From a virus, in IMG/VR virus record IMGVR_UViG_3300005264_000010, positions 9,785 through 73,784 of that record: a DNA stretch of 64,000 bases; one strand, given 5' to 3'. A program made the position numbers and the translations under genes. Below the pieces are notes generated by a model that ran no database searches, was not told the origin of the DNA, and worked only from the letters and a program-made list of their open reading frames with translations. This document shows, one piece after another, positions 41,688 through 53,169 of the stretch. Numbering within the stretch: the stretch's first letter is position 1; each line of letters begins with the position of its first letter.

Positions 41688-41749
41688 AGAGAAGGTAATC
41701 TAACCTTGTAAGGAAAGATTAGAAGGTTAATTAGACCTGTCCCTTCTCT
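41688..41749 (-). promoter_or_regulatory. three-way-junction RNA element with anti-RBS segment
   Basis: outer stem agagaagg/ccttctct, two inner hairpins; gtaagga(aa)gatta mirrors the RBS at 41655-41666. Confidence 0.7.
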
Positions 41750-41753
41750 ATTT

Positions 41754-41767
41754 TATTTATATTTATA
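41754..41767 (-). promoter_or_regulatory. late promoter
   Basis: TATAAATATAAATA on minus strand. Confidence 0.8.
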
Positions 41768-41785
41768 AAACTACTATTTCAAAGA

Positions 41786-42958
41786 TTAAATCACCATTAT
41801 AAGAGATTTCTCACTTCTTGTAATTCCTGTATATAATAATTTCTTTTTCATTGAATCACTGCCCCATAAATTATTAGCATAAAACAACACTTTACTTGCT
41901 GATGATCCTTGAAAACTGTGAATTGTTACAGCATAACCATAATTTATCATCTCAACTTTGTTATTGAATATCTGCTTATAAGTAGTATCTCCCGTCATTA
42001 TATGATCATAACTACATTTAATATCTTTAAATACAGCTTCACCAAATCCATTTACTTTAAAATCAAATTTGAATACTGAATCAAATTTAGTCCTATTTAC
42101 ACTATGATCAAAATAAGTAATATCTTCTTCTCGTGGTTCAGATGAAACAGTACCTATAAGTCCATTTAATAAATATATATCATTTTTCTTATTATATAAT
42201 TCCCAATTATTTTTCTTACAAATTATTTTATCACCAATAACTGGATATGGAGAAGTGATACCTTTTAATTGTCTAATTTTTTGATTTAGAAAATTTCTTG
42301 CTTTATTTGTAGATACTAATATTTGGTCAGCTTTTAGTAATATATCATCATTGTTTAAATTGTTCAATACCCGAACATCCTTACTATATTTACCTGCTCT
42401 AAGTTCTTGATTGTTTAACACCATTTGTGATAATGTAATTATTGCACTTTCTTTACTTTGTCTAGTAATTTCAGACATTCTAAAATTTGGTGTATCAAAC
42501 ATAGATTTATCAGCTCCGATTGGTGGAAGCTGATTACTATCACCCACAAATAATATTTTAACTTTAAATGATAATAAATCTTCAATTATCTCTTTTGACG
42601 CCATTGAGCTTTCATCTATTATAATTAGTTTGATACTTGCTAATTCACCTCTATCTTTCAATCTAAAATCAACACTTCCGTCATTCTTTGGGATCGCCAT
42701 ATAAATAAGTTTATGTATGGTACTCGTATTAGTAATTCCTTTAGATTTCATTACTAAACTAGCTTTTCCTGTAAATGAAGCAAACATTGTATTATCTTCA
42801 ATTCCTAAATCTTCACTAATTATTTTAAGTATAGTAGTTTTTCCACTACCAGCAACACCATCCAAAATGAAAATTTGTCTATCTGATTTTTTATACCAAG
42901 TTACAATATTTTTCATTGCACCTTTTTGATCTTCAGTTAGTTCAAATTCTTTAATCAT
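41786..42958 (-). CDS. dda: Dda/RecD-like SF1 helicase
   Basis: GVAGSGKTT, FTGKA, TIHK, IIDESSM, VGD..QLPP, YAVTIH..QGS, LYTGITR. Confidence 0.9.
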   Translation of the reverse strand: MIKEFELTEDQKGAMKNIVTWYKKSDRQIFILDGVAGSGKTTILKIISEDLGIEDNTMFASFTGKASLVMKSKGITNTSTIHKLIYMAIPKNDGSVDFRLKDRGELASIKLIIIDESSMASKEIIEDLLSFKVKILFVGDSNQLPPIGADKSMFDTPNFRMSEITRQSKESAIITLSQMVLNNQELRAGKYSKDVRVLNNLNNDDILLKADQILVSTNKARNFLNQKIRQLKGITSPYPVIGDKIICKKNNWELYNKKNDIYLLNGLIGTVSSEPREEDITYFDHSVNRTKFDSVFKFDFKVNGFGEAVFKDIKCSYDHIMTGDTTYKQIFNNKVEMINYGYAVTIHSFQGSSASKVLFYANNLWGSDSMKKKLLYTGITRSEKSLIMVI

Positions 42959-44163
42959 TAATACCACCACCAAATATTATTTCATCTCTACATTCTATTT
43001 TATTAACATACTCAATTAGTTCATTAATCTTATCAACTATAATTGTCATGTTATCATCATTAGATTCTATTAATAATCTACTATTCATTGATATTTTATC
43101 ATCATTCCCATAAAATAAATCATCATTCAATTTATCTACCATTTTGTCTTTCCTCATATTGTTCTATTTCATATTCAGCTGCTTTCCAATACTTATCACA
43201 AGCACCATCTTCATTTGTTGGATTTCCTCCAAACATACTTTGCCACTCAGGTGTTGGTGGTGCTATGAATCTGTAGCAAGTTTCTTTTTTAGTACATTCT
43301 TTATTACCACACATTGTTATATCAGCCATTTTTATTTCCTCACTATTTCTTTACAAAATTCTTTATTAAATTTCTTTATATTATAATCAATATAAGTTAT
43401 ATTTATGTATTTGTCAAGTTCTTTTATTTCTTTTATATCAGCATCTTTAATACTAAATGCTAATGAACTATATTTAAAGCTTATTATGACCATTCTGATT
43501 CCTTATAAGTTTTAAGTATTCTAACCACATATTTCTTATTAATGTCTATAACATCAATATCTCCATTAGATTTAGTTTCAAAAACAATTTGCACTTTATG
43601 AGTATCTTCAATAATATCAGTAATACCATTAATATTTATTTCATAATAATCAAACTCATTAGATTCTCCCCTAACAGCAATTTCTACAATAGTCTCATCA
43701 TAACTAATTTTCTTATAAAAGTTAGTACTTGATGTATAGAATATTTCTTTAAATTCTTCTAAAGTTTGATATGCTGTTACCTTATTTAACTTTGATGTAT
43801 AGCTACTATAATATAAACTATCTAAACTACAATTACCATATAACTCATCTATATTCTCTGGTGTGACTTTAATATTAGTGTTCATCCTTTACCTCTACTA
43901 TTTTAATTAAATTTTGTTTAATACTCTTATTCTATATCTTTTCATAATAATTTACCTCTTCTACCATAATTAAATACTTGATCTACTATCTCTTGACTTG
44001 CTACTTCATTAAGAATAATCCCCAATACATCAATTATATCATCAATTTTTTCTTCTATTCCCTTTTCATTATCACTCATAGTATCATAATTTAACTGATT
44101 GTAAATATTGTCTATTATTGTTGTTGTTGTTCCATTTTCTAATAATATTATTTTATCACTCAT
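42951..44163 (-). other. small hypothetical ORFs
   Basis: ORF track plus SD sites. Confidence 0.6.
43389..43417 (-). promoter_or_regulatory. early promoter
   Basis: TTGACA-17-TATATT. Confidence 0.75.
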
Positions 44164-44723
44164 TACATACTCCCTATAACTTTATTTGAATAAATACTTG
44201 CGTACGAACTAACTCCAAAGTATCGCTGTAATGCTACTTCAATATCGTCATATTTTTCTATATAATATTTAAGAACAAAACATCCAGCATCAATACCTTC
44301 AACTTCATTAAATAAATCATCTTCAACTTCACAAATACCATTTTCAATTAACTTATCTCCCCACACAGAAAACATTACTTGCATCATTCCTTTAGCACCC
44401 ATAAAACTTTCAGCTTCTTTATTAAATGAACTCTCATGCTTAATTACAGATAATATTAACATTGGATCAAGTTGATATTTATTACTAATAACATAAACAA
44501 TTATTGTCCATCTATCAACTACACTTTTAACATATCTATAATCTAAAAACTCTTCAATGTAAGTATTTATATTAGATAATGTTTTAAATTGAGTTAAACT
44601 AGCTGTTTGATAGCTTAAATCTAAATTGATTTGATTATTACTATTACTTTCAACGTCAATAGTATTTGAACAACTTGATATTGCAAAATAACTTATAGTA
44701 ATAATTAAAAATAATATTTTCAT
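44163..44723 (-). CDS. lytic transglycosylase (SLT domain) with lipoprotein-like signal
   Basis: VIKHESSF, GAKGMMQV, ALQRY; N-terminal ISSC. Confidence 0.88.
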   Translation of the reverse strand: MKILFLIITISYFAISSCSNTIDVESNSNNQINLDLSYQTASLTQFKTLSNINTYIEEFLDYRYVKSVVDRWTIIVYVISNKYQLDPMLILSVIKHESSFNKEAESFMGAKGMMQVMFSVWGDKLIENGICEVEDDLFNEVEGIDAGCFVLKYYIEKYDDIEVALQRYFGVSSYASIYSNKVIGSM

Positions 44724-45004
44724 TTATTTACCTTATTAAATTCTAAAATTAGTGTATCACCAACTGAGTAGTTCTTATAAGTAATATATTCAGTATCTCC
44801 ATCAACATCAGTTACTATATACTTATAATTATTGCCATCTTTAGTTTTGCTAGTAATTGTTCTATAATTTTTCTCTTTAGTTTCTGTAAAAGAAGTCTGT
44901 ATATCACTTTCAATCAGAGGAATTATAACAAACCACCAAAATATACTAAAGCCAACTGATAATATTATAAATTCAACATCTATAAATCCTTTTTTATTTC
45001 TCAT
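44720..45004 (-). CDS. small membrane protein
   Basis: N-terminal KKGF + hydrophobic helix. Confidence 0.55.
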   Translation of the reverse strand: MRNKKGFIDVEFIILSVGFSIFWWFVIIPLIESDIQTSFTETKEKNYRTITSKTKDGNNYKYIVTDVDGDTEYITYKNYSVGDTLILEFNKVNK

Positions 45005-45516
45005 TACCTAACCCCACAGCATTTCTTATACTTCTTACCAGAGTCACAAGCACATTTATCATTTCTACCTTGCTCTTTAATAAACTCAAATCTTATTTTT
45101 TCTCCAGAAAGGTGTGAAATCTCATGTTGGATTATCTGTGCTTCATACCCATCCATATCAGTTGTTAATCTTTGACCATCTATATCAGTAAAAACTAATC
45201 TAATTGCTTGATGCCTTGTAGCAACTAATTGTTTATCACCCCAAGTCATACATTTTTCAATAGTTTGTCTTTTAGTTCCATTATATCTAATTATTTTTGG
45301 ATTAATGAATACTTTTGGTTCTTCATAAGCAAGACTAACAAAGAAATTCTTATTAACTCTCTCACCATCTTTTTCAAGTTGATTACAAGCAATAGCTACT
45401 GCTTTTCCTTTCAAAGTTTTAGCATACTCAATTACTTCTTTAATTAGAGGTAAATCATTTTCATAATTTACATCTTCTGCTTTTGGTGTTTGTTCGTTAG
45501 CAATAATTTTAAACAT
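45004..45516 (-). CDS. def: peptide deformylase with C-terminal SEC-C motif
   Basis: AIACNQL, FINP, EKCMT, QHEISHL; GRNDKCACDSGKKYKKCC. Confidence 0.88.
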   Translation of the reverse strand: MFKIIANEQTPKAEDVNYENDLPLIKEVIEYAKTLKGKAVAIACNQLEKDGERVNKNFFVSLAYEEPKVFINPKIIRYNGTKRQTIEKCMTWGDKQLVATRHQAIRLVFTDIDGQRLTTDMDGYEAQIIQHEISHLSGEKIRFEFIKEQGRNDKCACDSGKKYKKCCGVR

Positions 45517-45584
45517 TTTTATTTCTCCTTTAAATTAACTTACTTGTAATATACATAATATATTTAATTAAGTCATGTCTTTTA

Positions 45585-46379
45585 TTATCTCTTTTTAATC
45601 TCGCCATTTCTAGTATATTTTATTTTCTCTTGCTTAATTGGTTGCTTTGTTTGGTCAATTTTAGTATATATTGCAACATATTCAGCTTTACTTAAACCAC
45701 ATCTATCACAACACCTATCATCATATAAATGACAATAACAAGCTGGTTTAAAATCTTCTGGATTATTCACCATCTATCCCCACCCAAGATTTAGTTTTAT
45801 CATCATTTATTATAAGCTCATATTGAGCCTCTTGACCAGATAATATTCTAACTTGACCATTCTTATCACCAATTCCATATATTATAATGAATGATAGAGT
45901 CATCAATAACATAGATACTAATAAACTCATTATTGGTGTTGATACATCTGATGATCGCTCCCAATTTTCTTCTTTTGTGCCTATATAAAAAAGTATCATT
46001 GACATAAATACCATAGCCACTACTACTATTATTCCTATTAACATTTTTATTTCTCCTGTTTAAATTTTGTATAATTCCATTTTAGTAATTCATCAACTGC
46101 GTCTTGATAGTTATCAAATCCTTTGAGATTTATTTTATGTAATTCAGACTCTTGAATTGGACCAACTAAATGATACATACTATCTGACATAAATACTACT
46201 GATAATTCTCTATTATAAAACATCTCTTGTTTCTCCCTTTTTAGTTTAGCAATAAAGTTATGTGAACGTCCAATTATTCCTGTTGTTATCATTTCAAAGC
46301 AAGGGTAGTAAATATCTCCTACAAAACTACCATTATATTTATTAGTACAATCTTTAACAATACATTCTTTATTATCCAT
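45585..46379 (-). other. three small hypothetical ORFs
   Basis: ORF track. Confidence 0.6.
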
Positions 46380-46495
46380 TTAACCACCCCAACGATACTA
46401 GTAGAACAAGTAGTAGTCCTAATATAAAAATTAAAAAATTATGTATTCTTGGGTCAGTTGAGTTTAATAATTTATCTAACATTTTATTTCTCCTT

Positions 46496-46717
46496 TTATT
46501 TCATTTGTTTTTCATAATTTAATATTTCTTCAAATGTTAGCCATTGAGGTTTCTTATGAGCGGGGAAGAAATTATGTAATTTTTTCATTTCTTCAATTTG
46601 CTCTTCTTTAGTATCTGCCCATAAACATCTCTCACTTTTATTTCCATAATTAAGATAGTAATCACAATCCATTTTAAGTCTTGACAACATCATGTATTTG
46701 AATTTTAAGTCTTCCAT
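46496..46717 (-). CDS. LPD11-like (large polyvalent protein-associated domain) protein
   Basis: YMMLSRLKMDCDYYL..G....CLWA....QIEEMK.L......KPQWLT. Confidence 0.75.
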   Translation of the reverse strand: MEDLKFKYMMLSRLKMDCDYYLNYGNKSERCLWADTKEEQIEEMKKLHNFFPAHKKPQWLTFEEILNYEKQMK

Positions 46718-46756
46718 TTTGTTTCTCCTTTGTCTATTTAATTAACTCACAAAAGT

Positions 46757-46785
46757 AATATACGAAACTATTTAATAAAAGTCAA
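46757..46785 (-). promoter_or_regulatory. early promoter
   Basis: TTGACT-17-TATATT. Confidence 0.8.
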
Positions 46786-46824
46786 GAGAAATATTCATTT
46801 AAACTACTTTAAATGTACTTTTAC

Positions 46825-47607
46825 TTAAAAATCCTCAAATTTTATTCTATCACTAAGTATATAATTTGATATGAAGTTTATGTTATCAACATCAATTTCA
46901 GTAGCGATCCACTTAACATAATTTTCTTTACAAGCTAATAACTCCATACCACTTCCAGCAAATGGAATATAAACAGATGAGCCTTGTTTTAAGAATAATT
47001 TAATCATTCTATCTGCAAGTTTTGGATGCTTAGGAGTTAAATGAGCAATATCTTTTTTGACTTCTTTTAACATCTTAGGTGATTTACCAAATCCTAATTC
47101 TGGAATATCCCAAACAGTAGTAAATCTTTTATATTCAGATTTATTAACCATTTGTCCACCTTTCTTAACAACATTAAATGGTCTTTTTTCTTCTGAATAT
47201 TGATTTTCAGTATTCCAATTATGTCTATGTCCCTTCTTAGTAAACCATAATATATGCTCTGAAATTTGAAGTGGACCCCTTCTCATTCCAATACCTCTAG
47301 TTTTAGCCCAAGTAATTGTATCTTGAAATTGAAATTGATCTTTTTTAGTAGTTTTATTATATTGTTCAAAAGCATTAAACCATTCAATTAAACTATTCGA
47401 TCTACTTCCCATTCCACAATGCAATAGTAAGTTACCATCATCTTCTAAAATATTATATAAATCTGAAATAACAACATTATTTAATTCAAAAGTTTCAGCA
47501 TCCCAATTAGCATTTACTACTTTACCAAATGGAGGATCCATAATAATTAGTCCAAATTTTTCTGTTGTTTTTTTAATATAAGTTCTCATATCTTCATTAA
47601 ATAACAT
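46825..47607 (-). CDS. N6A/N4C DNA methyltransferase (beta class)
   Basis: DPPF before H.TPK and PFAGSG. Confidence 0.88.
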   Translation of the reverse strand: MLFNEDMRTYIKKTTEKFGLIIMDPPFGKVVNANWDAETFELNNVVISDLYNILEDDGNLLLHCGMGSRSNSLIEWFNAFEQYNKTTKKDQFQFQDTITWAKTRGIGMRRGPLQISEHILWFTKKGHRHNWNTENQYSEEKRPFNVVKKGGQMVNKSEYKRFTTVWDIPELGFGKSPKMLKEVKKDIAHLTPKHPKLADRMIKLFLKQGSSVYIPFAGSGMELLACKENYVKWIATEIDVDNINFISNYILSDRIKFEDF

Positions 47608-47611
47608 TTAT

Positions 47612-48335
47612 TCACCCTTTTGATATTTCATAATAATCTTTATCTAGCTCTATTCCTATAAATTTTCTATTTGCATTAACACAAGCAACACCGGTTGTTC
47701 CAGAACCCATTGTGAAATCCATTACTGTTTCATTTTCATTTGTAAAAGTCTTTACTAAATTTTCCATTAACTTCACCGGCTTTTGTGTTGGGTGAAATTT
47801 CTTAACTCCTTTTTGCTATCTCTATTATACTTCAAAATTGAAATAGGGTAAACTAATGTTGGATCATAATCTTTTGAATGTTTATATACTCCAGAGATAA
47901 TATTAGTTTCATCTATGTTTAAATCGCCTTTCATAGACTTTGGATTTGTAACATTTTTTCTTTTTTTCATTTGCGGATTGTATGTAGGAGTTTTCTTATA
48001 AAAAATTGATATATTTTCATGTACTCTACCAAATTGTTTTTAACTGTAAATGCATTTGTTGGTTTTTCCTTTTGCCAAATAATATCATACCTATAATCTT
48101 TAATATTTGAAGTTCTAAGTAAACTACTAAATGACTCTCCACCAAATAAAACAATCACCCCATTTGGTTTTATTAATTTATTTAATCGTAGCCATATTTT
48201 CACCATTATTTAATATTTCCATTTACAAGAAGTCGTGCCGTAAGGTGGATCACATATTATCACATCAACTTTAATTCCTTTCTTAATTAGCTTATCCATC
48301 TCTGCTAATGTTTCACCATGTATTAAATTAAACAC
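47612..48335 (-). pseudogene. frameshifted N6A/N4C DNA methyltransferase
   Basis: DPPYGTTSCKW, HPTQKPV, DFTMGSGTTG lie in separate fragments; three lesions. Confidence 0.85.
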
Positions 48336-49861
48336 TATATATGTCTCCTCTTTTTCTTATAAGTCTCAACTTCAGCACCATGTTCTTTTCTAAATTCCTT
48401 TCTTTCCCCATCAGCTTTTTCACTAATTTTATCTTTAACTTCTTCAAGCTTTTTTAGTGATTTCTTAATCTTCTTTTTAACTTCTGAATTTAGATCAACT
48501 AATGATGAATATTTTTCATTACTACCAATTAGAATATAAGTACCAACAACAGTTCCAAACCTAGTTTTGATAATATTCATTTTAACTATATTATAATAGT
48601 CAACACCCATACCAGACAAATCAATTTCATTATTCATTGTTTCATCAAGAGGTTTATTCAGATTATAATCATTAAATAACATATCGTCATCACGATATAA
48701 TTTCTTTAAACCTATGATTGCATCTGCAAAACCCCCTAACATAAAAAATTCACCAATATTTTCCATACTAGGATCTTCACCATCTTTTAGTGCTTTCATT
48801 CCTTCTCTATTCAACTGAGCAGAAGTTAATAAAGAAACATTTTCATCATCAATCATTTCTCTAAAATCAATAGTTAATGATTCCATCCAAATATGTTTCT
48901 GTAACTTAGTAATTTTTCTATCAATTGGTCTCATTAAATTTATACTATCAATTATCAATAAATCTGTTTTATAACTATATTTATTTTCTAAATCTTGTAA
49001 GTGTTTAGCAACTCTATTGGCATCACAACTTGAAGATGGAAAATATTTGATATTAATATTACCAGTTACTGTCTTTCTAGCTTCTTTCCATAAAGCAATA
49101 TAATCAACATATTCCATTTCTTTTGGTGTTAATCTAGTAGTAGCAATTCTTAAAGCAATAGAATCAATTCTTTGTCTAGTCATATTTGTTCTCATTTCAC
49201 CAGAAACATAAGTTACTTTTTTACCTAACATTGCTGATTGAACAGCCAAGAACATTTTAGTCAGTGATTTACCAACATGAGGACCAGATAATATTACAGT
49301 CATTGTAGCTTCTGGTAATCCACCACCTAATAATTTATCAATTGGTTCAAACCCTAATGGTGTTACATTCATTCCATAATCTTTAAATTGATAAGTATCA
49401 TCTAAAAATAATCCAATATCATCATCAAAATCTAAGTCAACTATTTTTCTCATATCAGACTGTAAGTTTTCTAAACTATCTTTCTTATTAACACCATTCA
49501 ATACATCTGCCGCTTTCTCAAATAAAACCATTGATAAGTTGTCTTTAATGAACTTTAAAGTCTGTTCCTTTAGATTATTCATAGTAAACTCAAACTTTGC
49601 TTTAACTATGTCTTTGAGTGTACTCTTAAAAGCTTTATAATCCTTTTCATTAAGACTTGTTTCATTTTCTAAATATAATAACAAATCATCTTTTGTTGGA
49701 GCAATCTTCTTTTCTTCATAAAACATTTTCATGAACTTAATTATGTTATTGTAATTATGATCTTTGAATATAAATGGAACTTCCAAAATTGTTGATATTG
49801 CTGTTGATCTATACTCTTTATTTTTTAGTAATTGATTTATAACTACTTTTTCTATATTCAA
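48335..49861 (-). CDS. replicative helicase (T4 gp41-like)
   Basis: GGGLP, SGPHVGKS, SGEM, IIDSINLM, SAQLNR, KTRFG. Confidence 0.9.
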   Translation of the reverse strand: MNIEKVVINQLLKNKEYRSTAISTILEVPFIFKDHNYNNIIKFMKMFYEEKKIAPTKDDLLLYLENETSLNEKDYKAFKSTLKDIVKAKFEFTMNNLKEQTLKFIKDNLSMVLFEKAADVLNGVNKKDSLENLQSDMRKIVDLDFDDDIGLFLDDTYQFKDYGMNVTPLGFEPIDKLLGGGLPEATMTVILSGPHVGKSLTKMFLAVQSAMLGKKVTYVSGEMRTNMTRQRIDSIALRIATTRLTPKEMEYVDYIALWKEARKTVTGNINIKYFPSSSCDANRVAKHLQDLENKYSYKTDLLIIDSINLMRPIDRKITKLQKHIWMESLTIDFREMIDDENVSLLTSAQLNREGMKALKDGEDPSMENIGEFFMLGGFADAIIGLKKLYRDDDMLFNDYNLNKPLDETMNNEIDLSGMGVDYYNIVKMNIIKTRFGTVVGTYILIGSNEKYSSLVDLNSEVKKKIKKSLKKLEEVKDKISEKADGERKEFRKEHGAEVETYKKKRRHI

Positions 49862-50136
49862 ATTTATTTCTCCTCTTTAATCTTATCAAATAATAATTCT
49901 AAATATCTCCAACTATCTAAAATCATAATATCTTTTTCATTAAATTTAACTATAACATTACCAATTTGTAATATTCTCAATTCCAAATAGTGTATTTGAT
50001 GTTTATATAGTAGTCATTTCAGTTGTATCACCAAAAAGATATTTAGGTGTAACTTCTTTAATATATTCATAACAACTATATCCGTCCATGAAATCAATTA
50101 TCTCTTGATTATTGCATCCGTCAAACAATAGTGTTT

Positions 50137-50586
50137 CTATTTTGATTTCTTTAGTTTTATAATTTTCCACCAGTTACTCCATGTTATGCCATATATATTC
50201 ACTATCTTTTTACTTTCATCCATAAATATACTAAAACCTACAAACAATATAATATATAAAATGAATATTGTCAACCCAATTAAAATTTTCCATCCTTGAT
50301 CTCCTCCACCATCATAATATGGTCTATTAACTATATCTCCAGCTTCACATATTGGTGATACTTTAAACACCTCTCCATATTCATTTACACCATAGAATAC
50401 AGGCATATTGCTTATTCCATTATCACCGTACTCAAATGATTCAATTACTTTCACCAATTCTTCTTGTACAAAATATTCACCTCTTCCATCATCCAATGTT
50501 GAATATAAGTAATGAGTTGAGATTATAGTTAGTATAATTATTAGTAAAGCTGTTATTATTCCTTTCACAATCACCTCCAATGCCAT
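50137..50586 (-). CDS. two-TM membrane protein
   Basis: two hydrophobic segments. Confidence 0.6.
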   Translation of the reverse strand: MALEVIVKGIITALLIIILTIISTHYLYSTLDDGRGEYFVQEELVKVIESFEYGDNGISNMPVFYGVNEYGEVFKVSPICEAGDIVNRPYYDGGGDQGWKILIGLTIFILYIILFVGFSIFMDESKKIVNIYGITWSNWWKIIKLKKSK

Positions 50587-51632
50587 AAAATATTATCAAA
50601 TTCACCATAGGTTGGTATCATAAATCCAGACATCATATTATGTATAATATCAATATTTAATTTCTTATTCTCTCTATTTTCATTTCTTTCAATTATTTCT
50701 TCATAACTAGTAGTAAATATAACTGCTTCTTTCTTATAGTGTTTAGGTACTGAAGCTAACCATCTATTCCTGGCTTTTCTACTAATATTAGTCATATCTA
50801 TTACAATATCTTTATTCTCTTTAATTGCTTTACTAAATCTTCTTTGTAGCTCTTTATCAATAGCTTTATGCTTATTAGTTATTGTAGCATAGTCCCAAGC
50901 TTCATTATAATTATCCATTGGTGCTGTTTCCATTAAAATATCATCTCTTGAAATAATAGTTTCATCATTACTCCACATATAGTTATTAAGATAGCTACTT
51001 TTACCTGCGTTAGGCACTCCAACTAGTAATTTAATAGTTCTAGTTTTCTTCATTTCAATTTTATCTTCAGCATTAATAATATCATTTTTAAATTTAATTA
51101 TGTTACCCATAAATTCATCACCATCATCAATATCTGTTATCCTACCATTATGATCACATTCAATATGTTGTATCAACTTTTCTAGTAGTGGTATATCTTT
51201 TTTACTCCAATAATTTCTAGTTTTCTTACCATGTTGATAAAAACTACCATGTAATGAGATAATAGATAATATATATGTTTTTTCTTCATTTGTCAAGTTA
51301 ATTTTATTTAATATTCTATTTGCTAAGTGAAATGAATATCCTTCATGACCATTAAATCTTACTTTTTTCTTTTCTTCATCAACTTGTCTAGCTAAGGGTT
51401 TACCTATATCATGAAGTAGTGTAGATATTTGCACCAGCTTATCTACATTTCTATTCATTGCTTCTTTATATACCATTAGAGTGTGTGATAGTGTAGAATT
51501 TTCTATATGGAATGGATTAATCGATTGATCATCATAGTAATGGTCAGTTTCTTTCATTTGATTTACTATATATGGTTCTTCTAAAATAAACCACTTTAAA
51601 AACTCTATTGGTGTTGTATATTCATATAACAT
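50571..51632 (-). CDS. HD phosphohydrolase fused to P-loop polynucleotide-kinase-like domain
   Basis: HT..V, LLHDIGKP, GHE, CDHNGR; GVPNAGKS, ISRDD, IDMTN, R...R. Confidence 0.85.
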   Translation of the reverse strand: MLYEYTTPIEFLKWFILEEPYIVNQMKETDHYYDDQSINPFHIENSTLSHTLMVYKEAMNRNVDKLVQISTLLHDIGKPLARQVDEEKKKVRFNGHEGYSFHLANRILNKINLTNEEKTYILSIISLHGSFYQHGKKTRNYWSKKDIPLLEKLIQHIECDHNGRITDIDDGDEFMGNIIKFKNDIINAEDKIEMKKTRTIKLLVGVPNAGKSSYLNNYMWSNDETIISRDDILMETAPMDNYNEAWDYATITNKHKAIDKELQRRFSKAIKENKDIVIDMTNISRKARNRWLASVPKHYKKEAVIFTTSYEEIIERNENRENKKLNIDIIHNMMSGFMIPTYGEFDNILWHWR

Positions 51633-51643
51633 TATTTTCTCCT

Positions 51644-53169
51644 TTAAAATAATATTGCTTTACCTGATTTCATTCTAATTATATTTTCATCTGAGCAAGC
51701 ATCATTTGCTATTGTAGATCCAAAATCATAAATATTAGTTGTAGTACCATCTGCATATATTCTTTTTAGTACATTATCAATAATACCATACACTCCACCA
51801 CCTATCCAATCCACAAAACTATCGTCAATTAACTTACCATTCTCTAACCATAATTGATAATTATCAACACATTCAATATTATTTAAAATTTCACACCTAC
51901 CAGAAAGAGAAATATATCCTATTAATTCATTAGCAACCAATATTTCTAGCCCACCATTCATATCTATATCTAATGACAGTACATATTTGGGTTTCTCTTT
52001 ACCCATACTATATCCATCATCTGATAAATTAGGTTTTTCTTTTAGTTCTTCTAATATTTCATTTATAATACTTTTTCTTTCTTCTTGACTTAGCATTTTC
52101 ATTTCTCCTCTCATTAATTTTAAAAAATCATCCACTAAACTATCTTGATAAAATGGATCGTATCTACTCTCTGATATTTGTTTATGAACTATTGGATTTA
52201 TAAAATATAATTTATTCATATATTTTTGACCAATCCTTAAATGGTCATTTTCTTTATGATATACTGCTTGTAATAATAATTCATATTCTGCTTCGTTTAG
52301 CATAATTATTTTCCTATATTTACTTTTCTTTTATCGATATTGCTAATTATAACATTTGGTTTCATTATATAACACCTCCTAGGTAATATTGCTAAAAGTT
52401 GCAGTGATAACACATTTTCTTATCTAAAATGCTCTAACTTGTTTTTAGATAAGATATCGTCCATTTCTCCCAAATCATTTTGAATATTAGAAACCATCAA
52501 TATTATTCTATCAATTTCTTCTTCAGTGAATTTGTCGTAATCAATGAAATCAAAGGGAGTTATTTCTGCTAACTCAATAAACTTTTTTAAATATGTCTTA
52601 ACTCTTTTCACACTTAACCTCATTATTACATTTGCTCGCTTCAACAAGTAGGTTTTTCAACTCCGAAGCTAGCTTATATTCTTTTGTATTTTCAAGATTA
52701 TTTCTTGATAATTTTTGTTGTAGATTCCATAATGTCTCGGAAAAATAATCAAAATTTAATTGTGTTCCTGAATTTAATAACCTTTCTTTTATTTTTTTCA
52801 TAATTATTCTCCTACCCATAATAATTTTTCAATTACTCTTTGACTAGTTGCTACTTTCTGATCACCAAAATCAAATAGCTGTTCCATATAATCATTAAGT
52901 AGAGTAACTAAATCCCCGTCAAAACTAAATTCATCATATTCTGATTCTTCAATAGTTCCATCAGCAAAATCTCTAACAAAATTGAAGTGGTCAATTATTT
53001 CTGTTAATTCTTCAGTCAAATCTACTCTATCAACTAAATTAGATTTAATTAACATTTTATTTACTTTATAAAGTTGCCTTACTAAACTAATACAGATATT
53101 ATTTATATGTTCAAATGACTCATCATTATTAAACATATCTTTAATTCCAATTTTATACTTCCATTCCAT
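51644..53169 (-). other. hypothetical early ORFs
   Basis: under the promoter at 53231. Confidence 0.65.

Noticed and set aside
44608-44621. tgatagcttaaatc match to the dispersed element
   Set aside because: Only 14 nt, inside a coding region, without palindromic arms
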